Positions 12,401 through 27,400 of a DNA stretch of 64,000 nt are shown piece by piece (positions within the stretch are counted from its first letter, which is position 1; each line of letters starts with the position of its first letter). The DNA comes from Mytilus californianus (lineage: Eukaryota). Both the position numbers and the translations under genes were made by a program. The stretch covers positions 96,906,001 through 96,970,000 of the forward strand of contig NW_026262581.1 in NCBI RefSeq assembly GCF_021869535.1, read 5' to 3'. The notes under the pieces were generated by a model. That model saw only the letters and a program-made list of their open reading frames with translations, made no database searches and had not been told where the DNA came from.

Positions 12401-15400
12401 AGTACGCATACTCACAAACACAAGTATCATTGGCACATGTTCCATGACTATTACATACAATGCTACATGAATCACCAGAGTTACAGGGACTAGCACACAC
12501 ACAAATACCACTGTTCATTGGTTCCTGGATACCGTTACAAGCTTCATTACATGACTCACCCATCCAACCTACTTCACAACTTGTACATTTAGGTCTAGTT
12601 AGAGAAGTGTTACATACACCTCGATAGTTACAGTCATCAGGACAGTTTGATTGTTCACATCCATCACCTTTCCATCCCTCGTAACATGAACAACTTCCAT
12701 CAGCAGCATTACACTGACCATTACCACTACAATCTTCATCCCATCCTGGACAACCTGGTAATTCACAGAAGTCTCCCCTTCCTCCATTAAATCCACAGTC
12801 ACACACATCATTGGTACAGTTCCCAGTGCCAGAGCAAAGTTCTGTGCAATAGAAGTCATTGTAACATGGATCACAGTCACATGATTCTCCATTGTATACA
12901 CCATGCTCACATTTGTATTGACAAGCGGCACCAAAGTAAGTATCATTACAGACACATACAGGTTCTCCCTCAACAACATCACAGCTTCCAGCACCATTAC
13001 AGTCTTGTGGACAATAGTGAAGATGGCATCCAATTCCCTGCCATCCACTGTTACACAAGCAATCTCCACTTATACATGCACCATTACCAGAGCAGTCTAC
13101 ATCATAGCCGGGGCAACCTTTTATTTGACAGAAATCACCACGGTAACCATCAAATCCACAGTCACAGGTACCATTGACACATGTACCTTGGTCAGAACAC
13201 AATGCATCACATTCCACACCATAGTAACAAGGATCACAGGAACATGTCCATACACCATCAAGGGATCGTATTGCAACTCCATATATACACTTGTATTCAC
13301 AGCTATCTCCCATGTAAGGGTACTCACAATCAAAACATCTTGGGTCACCGCCCTCTGGTGGTTCCATACATGTGGCATTAACTCCATTACAATCTGGACT
13401 TCCTTCACAATCAGGAGTATCACAGGCAACTCCCAACCAGAATGGGTCACAATCACATTCTCCTGAAGCTTGGTTACATGTACCATGACCTTGGCATGGG
13501 TTTGGCCAGCCTGGACAACTAGGTTGGTCACATTTTTCTCCATCCCATTTTCCATAGTAATCACACTCACACTCGCCTGCATCGTCACATATCCCATGAT
13601 TTGAGCATTCTAAGTGACAGTGTACTCCAGTGACACAGGTCTTGTCACACACACAGCTGTCACCACTACCAGTCCCATTGTAACAGGCCTTTTCACAATA
13701 GTCTCCAAACCAGTCTGCTGTACAATTACAAACGCCACCAGCAGTACAGTTTCCTTGGCCTGGTCCTAAAAATAGATTCATCTTTTGCAATTTAAAATCT
13801 TATTTAAATTAACATACATTACTTTGGTTCAAAATACAGCTGTGTTTGGGATATCAAAAGTTTTTTGCTGGCAAATTGATTGGTAACTTTAGGTAATATT
13901 GGCACTGTTGTGAAACACTAATAAAATTTGATATAGACTTATTTTGAAATGAATATTGCTAACTGTAACAAAGTGTAAAATATTTAGAGAACAATATTAA
14001 ATTAAGTTAGAGAACGGAAACTAAAAAATTAGCATTTTTTTTCCATTTATAAAGGGGCACAACTCGAGAATGGTTAAAGTGACCCCACCAAAATTCAAAC
14101 TTGATCTTTATTTTGTGGTAATAAGCACTGTGTATATCTTTCATAAAATTTGGTTGAGGCAAACTTAAGTTAGAGAACGGAAACTAAAAATTTAGTTGAG
14201 GCAAACTTAAGTTAGAGAATGGAACTAAAAAATTTGCAATTTTTCCATTTATGAAGAAGCTTAACTCTAGAACGGTTAAAGTGACACTACCAAAATTCAA
14301 TCTTGATCTGTATTTTGTGGTAATAAGCATTGTGTATAAGTTTCATAATATTTGGTTGAGGCAAACTTAAGTTAGAGAATGGAAACTAAAAATTAAGCAT
14401 TTTTTTCCATTTATAAAGGGGCACAACTCGAGAATGGTTAAAGTGACCCCACCAAAATTCAAACTTGATCTTTATTTTGTGGTAATAAGCATTATGTATA
14501 AGTTTCATAACATTTGGTTGAGGCAAACTTAAGTTAGAGAACAGAAACTAAAAATTTTGTAATTTTTCCATTTATAAAGGGGAATAACTCTAGAACGATT
14601 AGAGTGATGCTACCAAAATTCAAACTTGATCTGTATTTGGTGGTAATAAGCATTGTGTATAAGTTTCATAACATTTGGTTGAGGCAATCTTAAGTTAGAG
14701 AATGGAAACTAAAAATTTTGCAATTTTTCCATTTATAAAGAGGCATAACTCTAGAACGGTTAAAGTGACACCACCAACATTCAAACTTGATCTGTGTTTT
14801 GTTGTAATTAGCATTGTGTATAAGTTTCATAACATTTGGTTGAGGCAAACTCAAGTTAGAGAACGGAAAACAATTTTGGGACTTACAGACAAGGGTAAAA
14901 CTTTAAATAATGCCCCCTTCGCTACGGCAGGGGCATAAAAAGTTTATATTATTGACTTTACTTAGTTTTTTTCTAACATTGTGAGTGCAGATCATTATAT
15001 TTCAGAACTTTTTTTACACTATCCTTGTTAATGTTTTTCTTTGAAAACATCAATGAAAAATCTCAGATAGTTCCTTTGCATGAGATATCTCCCTTTTACA
15101 TTGACAATTGTGTATACAAATTATTTCATTGTGCAACTATTTACAAGCTGAAATATATGCCATATCTACCACATGTAAGAACAACTGCATACGGCCTACA
15201 ATCTTTAAGGTATGAAGGTGCTAAGCTTTGGAATGAGCTGCCAGATGTGCTACGTAAGCAATCATCTTTAAATCAATTCAAGAACATGATAAATTCTTGG
15301 TGTGGCAGCTCATGCCAATGTTTTGCCTGCAAAACCAGTTAACTTCTGTTCATTGTTTTTGGTTTAATGCTTTATTTTCAGCATGGCAATTTTATTTTAT

Positions 15401-18400
15401 TATCTTTACTTATAGTGCTTCTGCTGCTTTTTGCTAATTTTAGTAACTAACTAATCTATATGTGCTTTTAATGTGCAAACCATTTTATTTTTGCTTTTGT
15501 GCTTTTATCTCACAAGTGCATGTTTCAGTGTGTGTTTAACTTGTAAGATGCTTTTAAGAACTTTTGTGCTGCGTGTTTATATACTGATATGAACTCTTGC
15601 TTTACATGTTTAACTTATGTGTGCATGACTTGATATGTATGTTTTGTTTTATTTGTTGCTCTGTCGGTTTTAAAAGCTCTTCAGAGCTTATGTTTATACT
15701 TGTATTTGCACATACCGACTCTAAATAAAGCTTTATGTCTTATGTCTTATGTCTTATGTCTATGAGGTTACTGATCAAAAGAAAATAGAACATGACACAC
15801 ACTTTATAAATATGGTGAACCCAAAGGTTTAGATGGAATTGAACTCTTTATGTCATTAAAAAACAGAACTTTTCAATGGAAATTCTAGAAATCCAAATAA
15901 ATCCTAATACACTATTTGTGTAATTTTCTCGATGGTGGATTTTGATACAATTCTTATCAACAAGCATACAGACAATGTTACACTAACCACTACATTCAGG
16001 TGTTCCAGGACAGGTGGGTGTGGCACAGTCATCCCCTCTCCATCCTGGGTAACATGTACAAACACCCAGGGCACTGTTACAACTTCCCTGTTGGTTACAT
16101 GCTCCATCCTCCCCAGGACATCCAGTTTCCTCACATAGCTCACCCACCCAGCTGTTTCCTATAAAATAAATAGTAATGCCTATATGTTAAGGTAACAATC
16201 TTCTGAATCTAAAATATTTCTAAAAGACATACAAATAGTCTTTTTAAACAAGTTGGTTATATGATTCATTCTAAACAAACCAATTAATTCAAGTTAACCA
16301 AAAAATATTTTTGTCATATTTCATAAAAATATTATATTTTCAAATGTCAAATGAAGAACAGAGCACAGCTGTCCTTGTCCATCCTGGCATACATTTCCTT
16401 GGAGCATGTCAACTTTTTCATAAATTAGCTGAAGAACAGAACCTACTTTGCTGGACATTTATTCCTTGATAAGATTTGTCGATATATTCCATTTTTAATG
16501 TCCAACCAAAGCTTGTCAATTTATTTGCATTAAGTTTTTAATCAGCTGATAATATCAATTAAATTTATTAAAGTAGCTAAGAAAAGAAGGCATACATAAG
16601 GTTGTTTGCACTGTCACAAATATATCTAGTTTTCAAGTTTCAAATGCATCACACAGATAAGGACTAAATGTACTGTCATTGAACTTCTCACCATATTTAA
16701 GAAATATTCTATAGAAACGTCTGAGTGATTGCCAGTTTTTGAACGAATTTAGGCATATGGCTAACTCCTACAAATCAATCAAATTAAAATGGGATAAAAT
16801 AAATGAAAATGATTGTTTACCTGGTTCCGTTGTAAAACAGTCACATGTTGCATTAACACATATTCCATTTCCAGAACATTCCAGTTCACAACCTGCTCCA
16901 GTATAACAATCAAAACAGTTACAAAAGCTGTTGTCAGCATTCACCCAGCCATTCTCACAGGGTTTACTACAGTCTTCTGTGTACCAGCCCTACAAAATAA
17001 AAACATTCATCTTAGTGTTTCATATCTAATTTTGGTAATTCAATATAAAAATAAGGAGATGTGGTATGATTGCCAATGAGACAACTATCCACCAAAGTTC
17101 ACTGTAAATTATTTCCACTATTAAATAGAGTATATATATATAATACATCTACTAAAGAGATGTTACTGGCAAATGTAAAAAAATAGATAAAAACTTTTGG
17201 AATTAATATTATTCTGCTTTTCTGGATTTAAAAAAAGTCTTAATATTAGAATTTTATGAATTAAAAAAAAAAATTGATGATGAACGATTGAAATAAATTC
17301 ATAAAACACATTTAAAGCTAACAAGTTGCTATTGTTGGCATTTGTTTTTGTATAGACCAATGGAAGTAGGTTCTTAATACTAAGCATTGAAAACTTAATC
17401 ACTTTGATAGGCCACTAGTCTAAATACCACGTTAAGATAATCAGTAAGATAAATTCGTTATACAGTGTGCTAGTGACCTAATACGATATATATGGGGTCA
17501 GTTAATTCCAGTGACCTAATAGGATATATATGGGGTCAGTAAATTCCCATATGGAATTTACTGACCCCATATATATCGTATTAGGTCACTAGCACACTAT
17601 GTAACTAATAATATTTAGTTTACTAAATACAAAATATAAAAAAATCCTTCATATCTTTGTACACTGATTCATGCAATTATAATATACCTTTTTATATTAA
17701 TTAACCAAAATTATACCAAGGCAAAGAGATACATGTGAAGTGAACAAAAGATATCATCTGGAAACTATTTTTGAACAGAATGGAAAGATAAAAAGACAAT
17801 GATATTCTAAAAAATATTTTAGGGAGCATAAAATTTTACAAATTCCTGGAATACACAATATTGGACTTTACCTCAAGGCATGCACATTCAGGTAGAACCC
17901 TATCTGTGCCATTACAGAAACCATTGCCTTCACAGCCACCAGGACAGTCAGGAATGTCACAGGCATCTCCAGTCCAACCTGTAGCATACAAAATAGATAA
18001 GTTAGATCTCTAGATCAGGGGTTGCGGCCAAATCTTTCTATGTGAAAAACTGTTTGATAAATTAGACCAAAATTGACTTTATAAAATTAATCATGCATAT
18101 TTAAGGGTTCGTAACATCGTAATTTTTAATGTGATATGCCAAAAAGAAGTTATCTTGTATTCATAGTATTAATACAACTACTGAAAATTCAGAAATTATT
18201 GCGATGTTTTATTATTGCAAAAAAAGCGACAGGGTTATAATCGCAATAATTTAAACTCGCATTTTGAAATTTTTTATATGAATTAATCTGGATTATTCTC
18301 AAAATCGCAAAAATTAAAATCGCGTTTTAGTCTAAAATGACAAAATCGCAATAATAAATGCATGCAATAATTTCTGAATTTACAGTATTTCTATGTAAAA

Positions 18401-21400
18401 TTTGAAGTATTTAGCAAGATTGTAAAAAATATCAAAATTTTAGGGCCAATTTTAATCCTTTGTGAATGTTCTCCTTTATTGAATGCTATTGTATTAGTAC
18501 ATGTACATGTTTTTATAAGTCAACATTTTATATACCAAGATACCAACATTTTTGATACATTGATCAGATCTATATCATATTTTTTTTATGTATACCATAA
18601 AGAATTCCTATTTGTTCTTTTGAAACTTTAAGAAATTTTATCATTGTTTTGTAATCATAGTTATGATAGCAATTCATTTTTCCTTCCTTATTCCAATAAT
18701 AATACAATATTTCAATAGTATTTACCAGGTACACAGGTACACAGATGATTTGCTGTGTTACATTTTCCATGCAGTGTACAATCTTCAGTCTCACCAGGAC
18801 ATCCAGGAACTTCACATTTGGTACCACGCCATCCCACATCACAATCACAGGAATTAGTTGTACCGTTACATTTTCCATTATCATTACATTCACTGTTGCA
18901 CCCTAATCCAGCATAGCAAGGCTCACAACTACAGAATCCACTGTTGGCAGGTACCTGTGTTCCTTGTACACATGGGTCTGCACAGGCAGCTCCCATCCAA
19001 CCAGATATACAATCCAGACAGATAGGAGGGTCATGTGTAGAGTTACACGTTCCTCTTTCGTTACAATCAGGATTTCCTGGACAGTCAGCATACTCACATC
19101 CATCACCTCCCCAGCCGGGGAAACAAGAACATACATGTGATATTGTATTACAGATGCCACGCCCTGTACAGTCTTTACCAATCCCAGGACATCCTGGGAC
19201 ATCACAGAGGTCACCTCGCCAACCAACATCACATTCACATTTATTGTTAACTATAGTGCCATGATCAGAACACTCGGAGTCACAGTTGACACCTGCCCAT
19301 CCAGTATTACAGGTACAGTTGTCACTATACTGAGGGGAGACAAATCCATTGACACATGGTTCCTCACAAGAATGACCAAACCATTTCTCATCACATCTGA
19401 AATGAAATACACACTTTTATTAAAATGAATGTACCGTATATACAATTTTTTCTCCCTTTTTTAAATTCATCTTTTAATTGTAATTATGGAATCTAATTAA
19501 ATAACCAGTCTACAAATTAAAAATTTTTGTAAAAACATGTCAGCTGTATGTGTAAATCTGAACAAATATCCTAACAGATTTCCTGCAGTATTACACTTCA
19601 TTATACATCATTCATGATTAAAGAATTCATTTTTTCACTTTCACTATATAGAATTCTGAGTTACTGGTAATCATTTCAATTTCCAACCTTAATTTTTTGA
19701 ATAGGAACAGCTAACCCTAAGTTAATCCACCTGAGTGTGGTTCCCTTTGCTCAAGCTTTTTTAGTGTATTGATTTCTGTTTTGCCTTTTTCCTTTTGTCC
19801 ATTGTATCATTTTTTCCTATTTGACTAATGATTTTTCATCTTATTTTTTAACATAAACAACAATACATACTTGCAATCAGGTGGATCTTCACTATCATCA
19901 CATAAACCATGGTCATTACAGTCAGGGGTACCAGCACAGTCAGCATACTCACATCCAATACCAGTCCATCCTGGTCTACATGTACATGTATGTGTGGCAC
20001 TTTCACATCCACCTTAAAGTAAATCACTTGCTTATAATGATAGAAATCAAAGCCAATTTATGTCTTGTATTCCAAAAAAAAAACTTTTTCTTCCCAGCAG
20101 CATATTTGGATAAAGTAAATTGACTTTATCTATTTGAGAGTGTACCTTCATAGTAAAAACTTGAAAGAAATTAAAATAAGTCAGGAATATAATCAATAAA
20201 GATGACAAGTAAAATATTGGTTTTTTTTCAGATATGAAAATATATTCTTCTTAATACAAAATTCATAAATCATTATATTGAATTCCTTTGAAGAATAACT
20301 TCATTTATCAATTGCAATTTTCTGACATGGGTGTCTATTTGGCTGTGCAGAATGTATAAAAATGCAGCCACTTCTAGGTGAAATGAAGAATTTAGATCTG
20401 ATAATATCATGCACTTTGTGTTAAAGAACCCTTGCAACAACTCTTTACGAGTCCAAAGGTTACCTGTAGCAAGGGAAAATTTTGCCTTTTTCAAATGTAC
20501 CCTCATTTTCTAGTCACAGTCTAAGTTTCTAACCCCTCAATCTGGTTGACACACTATGAATAGACTGCATACATACCTGCCAACTTTTGGAAATTCCCAT
20601 GGGGGTTTTAGTGTGTGACATTATTTTCAAAGTTTACAATTTGTCGAGGTGTTTTTGTGTGCACTGTTTTGGTGTCATATCTGTTTATTTTCTTACGGTA
20701 CACCTTTGATGAGCTAATAAGCCCTTTTCTTCTTTACATTTCAAAGATTCTTGTACATGTGTACTTATATTATTGTGTATAAAAGATAGTACATGTAGCT
20801 ATAGCTCAGCAGGAATACCAGTTTAAATATATGGACAAAGAAGCATAGGTACTGGGGCCTAAATCCTGAAAGTTGGCAGGTCTGTACATATTAAATTTAT
20901 TGTGTATTTGTATTTGTTCTGAATATGTATGACATATTTGCTACATATTAAGCAAACCTCAATCAATCAGTAATTAGAGACATCAATAAATCTCAATGTA
21001 TCTTACCTCTATCTGAGCAGTCCAATTTAAATAATCCAGGACATCCAGGAATGTCACATAAATCTCCTTTCCATCCGGTGACATAATCACATTCACACTC
21101 TCCATTTACAATTTTACCATTCTCAGAACATTCTGAGTCACATCCGACTCCAGCAAAACCAGGATCACATTGACAGTTTCCAGAGTTGATAGGTGTCTCT
21201 GTACCATTAACACAAGGATCATTACAAGCTGGTCCCATCCAGTCTCCGGTACAATTCTGACATTCTGGAGGATCAAAATTCCATTCATCACAAATACCAC
21301 GGTCATTGCAGTCTGGTGTTCCAGGACAGTCAGCAATATGACAAGCAGCACCAATCCATCCTCTAAAACATTTACATTCACGATCTTCACTGTTACAGTC

Positions 21401-24400
21401 ACCATGTCCGCTACACTCAACATCAGTAGAAGGATGTCTGGGACATCCTGGTACTTCACAATATTTTCCACTCCAGCCAACCAATGGATCACAGTAACAG
21501 CTTCCATCATTAGCACACACACCATTCCCTGAACATTCTATGTCACAACCAGTACCATGGTAACATATCTTTTCACAGATACAAATATTTTGATCATCAG
21601 GTAAGCCATATACACATGGATCCCCACAGGCTGATCCTGCCCATTCATCATCACAGTTCGAACATTGAGGTGGGTCAAAGGTTGTATTACAGTATCCATG
21701 ACTATTACAGTTAGGATCACCAGGACAATCGGGAGATCCACAATCAGGGCCTAAAATTCATGAGGTTACATTACTTACTAAAAAAAGTAATGATTAAGTT
21801 CAATAAGCATGTTTGAAAAACAGCTGTGTGATAAACATTTATTACAAATAACCTATTACCAAAAGTCCAATTTTTGTACCATTCTTAGCACATAAGTCTA
21901 GAACCACGAAAAAATGAAAGTTTTCACAACTTAAGGAATCCTCAGACACCCAATCTCAATCATTTGTTTAAGAAACCACTCAAAAGCATAGTTCAGTTGG
22001 AGTATTACTTGTTTGTAAAGGGTCAAGTCATTGGCAATTATACCACATCTTCTTATTTCATATTCAAAAAAGTTTGAAAGAAATATGACTAAACTTTCTT
22101 GAATTACTGAGCATGACATGAAGGACAGTACAATGTACATCGGTACACATGTATACCATAATACACATACAATAGCAAATTTTACTATTTGTTTAAGTAT
22201 AACTGTGTACAAAAATGTAGATAGTGAAGTTTCTTTTTTGTTTACTTGCTTACAAAAGAACATAATATCTCCATTGTACAGATCTAGAGTATGACCAACA
22301 AAGTCTACCTTTTCATTCAAAAATCCAATGGAAGAAAAGGTTATCATATTTTTTACGAGTTTAATATCAGAAAAAAAAAAATAATCATACGGTAGTTTAG
22401 TTCAACAAACTAACCTGACCATCCAGGATCACAGACACATGTACCAATGCCTGCCAGACAGATACCATGTCCAGAGCATGACTGGGTGTTGATGGAAGGA
22501 CACCCTGGTCTGGTACATTTATCTTCCTGCCAGTTATCAGTACAACTACAGATACCATCAACACAGCTACCATGATCATTACATTCTGATTCACAGAACT
22601 CTCCAAGATGGCATTCATCACATTCACATTTGTCCCCAACACATTGTCCTTGACCTCCACAAAGGACAGAACAGTCATCACCAAGGTAACAAGGATCACA
22701 GATGCAAGTTCCAATAGCAGTACATTTTCCATTTCCAGAGCAAGTTGTATCATCATGGCAGTTACTATCACATCGATGCCCAACATAGCCTGCTTCACAA
22801 ATACAAGTTCCATCTTGAGCACATTTTCCCTGTCCTGAACAAGTTATAGCAGCAGTGCAGTTGTACTGGCAGTCCATACCAACATACCCTGAATCACAGC
22901 TACAAGCACCTGACACGAATGATCCATGATTACTGCAGAGACCACCAGATGAATCACAAAGAGATCCAGTGCCTCCACTTCCATAGTTACCTGATCCACC
23001 ACTGACATAACGTTGGTTGTATAAGACCTTGTGTGTATAGTTTCCAGTATATGTTCTAATTCTACCTCCTCCACCACCACCACCATAGTAGTAACAGTTG
23101 TAATAGGCATTGGAACCACCACCTCCATTGGCTGTCACTTCACCCCATCCCTCAATAATCTCACTATCCAGCCACACAGAGCCACCACTGCCACCAGCAC
23201 CACCAGACACTCCCTTTGCACCGTCCATATCAACTGTTCCCTCCAAATACATGGCATTTCTGGTGATGACCTTGATAGCTGAGCCTCCCCATCCTCCTTC
23301 AGCCAAATAGTGGCTACCACGTGCCCCTCCACTTCCAGCAGTGATTGGCAGACAGACTTCGTCATATGTAGATGTACTACCATAACAATATGAATGACAG
23401 TTACTGTAACCACGACCTCCATTACCCCCATGGGCAGCTCCACCAGCTCCACTACAAGAGCTTCCAGCTCCTGGTCCAGAGGCTGGTGGGTACCCAAGCC
23501 TCAGTCCTAGGACAGTGCTGGACTTCTCAACGTCAAACACACCACCAAATACAGTACCAGATGGATAAATTTCAAACAAACCAGTATGTTCAACGTGGAT
23601 AAAGTCAGCCACTAGGTATACGCCATTGTCTGTTGTATAGTCCGTATCATTTAATGCCATTTTACCTCCAGCAAGCACTGTAGCTGATGTTAACTGATAT
23701 GCTCCTGTTATTTCTTCACCAGAATTGGCCATCAAATTGCCAACACTAGTTAACCTGCTTGTTCCTCTTGTGTATAAGTGATCTAACCCAGTCATGGTTC
23801 CATAGATGGTCATTGTTTGTTCTATGAAGATTGTGGATGCATACATGATTTTGGAATCTTTCATACCATATAAGTTAGCTCCAATAGTATCCTTTAGTTT
23901 GGAAGTAGAAATCTTTACAGAAATACCAGCTTCAACTTGTAGTAATCCTGTTCCACTGTGTACGTGACCAACATACAAAGGTGTCTGCAAAAATATTAGA
24001 ATTGTTAAATATTAAAAAGTAATTACTACATGTATGTGGCCATCCCCTGCTGTCACTGACACAAAATTTATTTTAATTGTACATGTAATACCTACAAATT
24101 AGCAATTTTTCACAGTACATTAAGGAACTTTAGCAGACAACAACCAATAATGCATAAAATTTAATTTTCAGGAATTAAGTTTCATTACAGAAATTTCATT
24201 CAAATAATTAAGATTCAAAGCAATTAAAGTCTACAAACATGTAAAATGCACATTATACTCTAAACGAAACTCAGTGAGATCATGATAAAGCAGCCAGTAG
24301 TTTAACAAGAAACTGCAAATAAGACAAAAAAAAAACATAAAAGGAATTTAAACAAAAACTTAAAAACTTAAAATCAAACATTGAAAAAAAAATGGATGTT

Positions 24401-27400
24401 CAGTGGGCATAATAAAAACTAAAAGTATCTCCGAACATGAAGTGACTGAAAGGCAGATTTGAAAATTCTTAATATGGTAGAACTCAAATTATTGCCAAAC
24501 CGGAATTGACTGCCCGGCATTACACAGTACATGTACGTAGTACAGTTCATCATAATAAAGTTCCCATTAAATATCAAATCTTTTCTTAATACAGAAGCTG
24601 AGTCCTATTAAATGACAGATATAAACAGAGAAACAAATGGATGGACGGACAGAGGCATTGCAGTATACCACCCTTCCAGCTATTCTGGGTATATTAATTA
24701 AGAATACATTAAATAATAAATATATTTACAAAGAAATCTGTCTTACTTTAAACTTCAATTCAGAATTTGCTTTACAAACTGTTTCCAATACAAGAATTTT
24801 CAAACTCCAACCTGTCTTCTGTAGAATTGAATTTCCTCACAAATTATGATACCTAACTTACAGCTGCTAGCACAGTCACGCACTTAATTTGGCGTTTTAA
24901 CTTTCTTTATTCGAGCGTCACTGATGAGTCTTTTGTAGATGAAATGTGTTTCTGGCATACAAAATTTTAAGCTTGGTATCTATGATGAGTTTACTACTGA
25001 GTATGTACAATCTCTTGGATATTACTGTTTATAACTTACATTAGTAGGTACTGCACAAGCTCTGTTCTCCATGTGGATCACATCTAGGTCAATATTGTCT
25101 ATCTCTGTGCGGTAATCACAGCTGTTTTCATCACCTCTGCCTAAGTTATCTATCCATAACTCCTTGTGCATGTTGTCAGCAACATGTGACTGAACATAGA
25201 CAGTACCCGGACCACCAGGGTAGTAAGCATTGCCACCTGTAGCCACTAGATCTCCATTAAACAACATGTATTCTGACAAGTATATGGCTATTCTTCCTCC
25301 TGAACCACCTCCATTTGCTGAAAATATACATTTTTTTTGGGCATTTAATTTTTTTCTTTAAATCTTTTGTTTTCTCTTATAATTTCAAATGAACCTTATT
25401 AAATTTCAACTTTTTTGAAAACAATAACATCTTCATTTTTTTAGATAAAAATTAATGCAATTTTCAAAGTATTCTTGACAATATTTAACAACTTTGCCAA
25501 TTTCTGTTTTTTTCAATTGATACAAAAATTGATAAACCAATGAAAACAAGATTAAAACCAAACAAAAGTTTGGATAATTTCATGAAAATATCAAATACCT
25601 TTTTATTGAGAAAATTATCTCTTACTTTCATTTAAATTATATCTTGCAGAGGCATTAATCACTTCATTAACTGCTATTATAAAACTTACCATAAAATTCA
25701 CTACTCATTGTACCAGAGAAAGCTTGACCACCATTAGCTGTACACTGACCATACCCTCTGAGACTGTAAGCTGTTATCATCACACTGCCACCACTACCAC
25801 CTCCAGAATTAAATGTACTTGCCAGTCCATTCTCTCCACCCACAGATATACTACCATCCAAATGTAGGGTCTGCAAAAATAATTTCCAATGTATTGAGTC
25901 ACTTTTAACCAAACTTTTCAACATCATCCCAACTCTTTTAATTGTCCTAAATATGAAAATTTCACAAAACTTAATGATTAAAATTAAACTAGATATGGAC
26001 AATCCCCCCCCCCCCCCCTTTTCTGCTCTGCCATATGCACCAGTATAGTTCCACATATTTTAGATTTGACAAACAGTGATGTTGGCATACAACTTGAAAT
26101 TGTTATGGTGTCTGTAAGACACAAATGATGCCCCCACCTGACCAAAAAAATGACTTAGTCCAACTACCTGTCATTTTCAGAATATTTGAAAAAAGAAAAA
26201 TCAAAATCCCGTGGCCATGCACATCTCCATTATGTGTTTGAACATCCTACAAAATATTAAAGCTGTATCTCCAAAACTGTAGGAGGAGATAGCCAGACAA
26301 ACCATGATCTCTTTATGCAGTTTGTACCAAAAAAATGACTAAGTCCAACTACCTAGTCATTTTCAGAATATTTAAAAGAAATCAAATCCCTGTGGCCATG
26401 CACACCTCCATTATGTGTATGAACATCATACAGAATATTAAAGTTGTACCTCCAAAACTGTAGGAGAATATAGCCGGACAAACAATTTATCCTAATCTGG
26501 AAGGACGGACAGAAGGAAGGACGGACGGACGGACAGACGGACAGGGGTAAATTAATATGCCCCTCGACATTTTGTCGCAGGGGCACAATAAAATAAATTA
26601 AAACTAGAGTCTGTAAAGAGCCTGTGTCGCTCACCTTGGTCTATGTGCATATTCAACAAAGGCCACTCTCCAACATTGTAGACGAGAATAGAATTCATGA
26701 CAAAAATCTCTGTTTTGTTGATCTTGTACTGCTGATCATTTAGTCTGTTTAGCTTCTCTCTATCTTCATTAGTTTTTGCTCAAAACACAAAAAGAGGGTA
26801 AAAAAATCCTTATTTAAGAGGCTGGGAAATCACTCCTATAAAGAGTGACAGCGTACTACCTATATCAGCGAAATGCGACTTGTTAGTAGATCTTGCTTTG
26901 GTGATCATTTTTGTGATATAAAGTGTTTATTTATCTATTATAATTTTTATCATGTAAAGCAAAATCCCCAAAAAATGATAATAAACTGTTATCACAGAGA
27001 TATGTCTCGCCTTTTTGTAATTTTGATAATGCAAATGTTGAAATTAAAATTGCAATACTTTAACATGTAAGTAATGCAAATATTCAAAGTCGATGAACCT
27101 TGACTGAAGGTACATGGCTAAACAATCTCCATGGAATGAGATGTGCCAATGCTAATACAACTGCATACCAAATACCATTGACTTATTATAAGTCTTTCCC
27201 TTTAAACAAACCTAAACACAAACATTAACTTGTAAACTATGTAAAAGTTTCAAAGTCAATGAACCATGATCAGGGGTGGGGCTATATAATCTCCATGGAA
27301 ACGATACTTGCAAATTCCAATAAATTTGCATACCAAATATCAATGACTTAACATTAGCAGTTCATCCTAAACTGATCTAATCACAAACTAATACATGTAA

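Noticed and set aside
12023-23000. Naming the gene tenascin, teneurin, MEGF or mussel foot protein 2
   Set aside because: Only generic EGF similarity; diagnostic partner domains are absent and the overall architecture differs, so no gene symbol is given.
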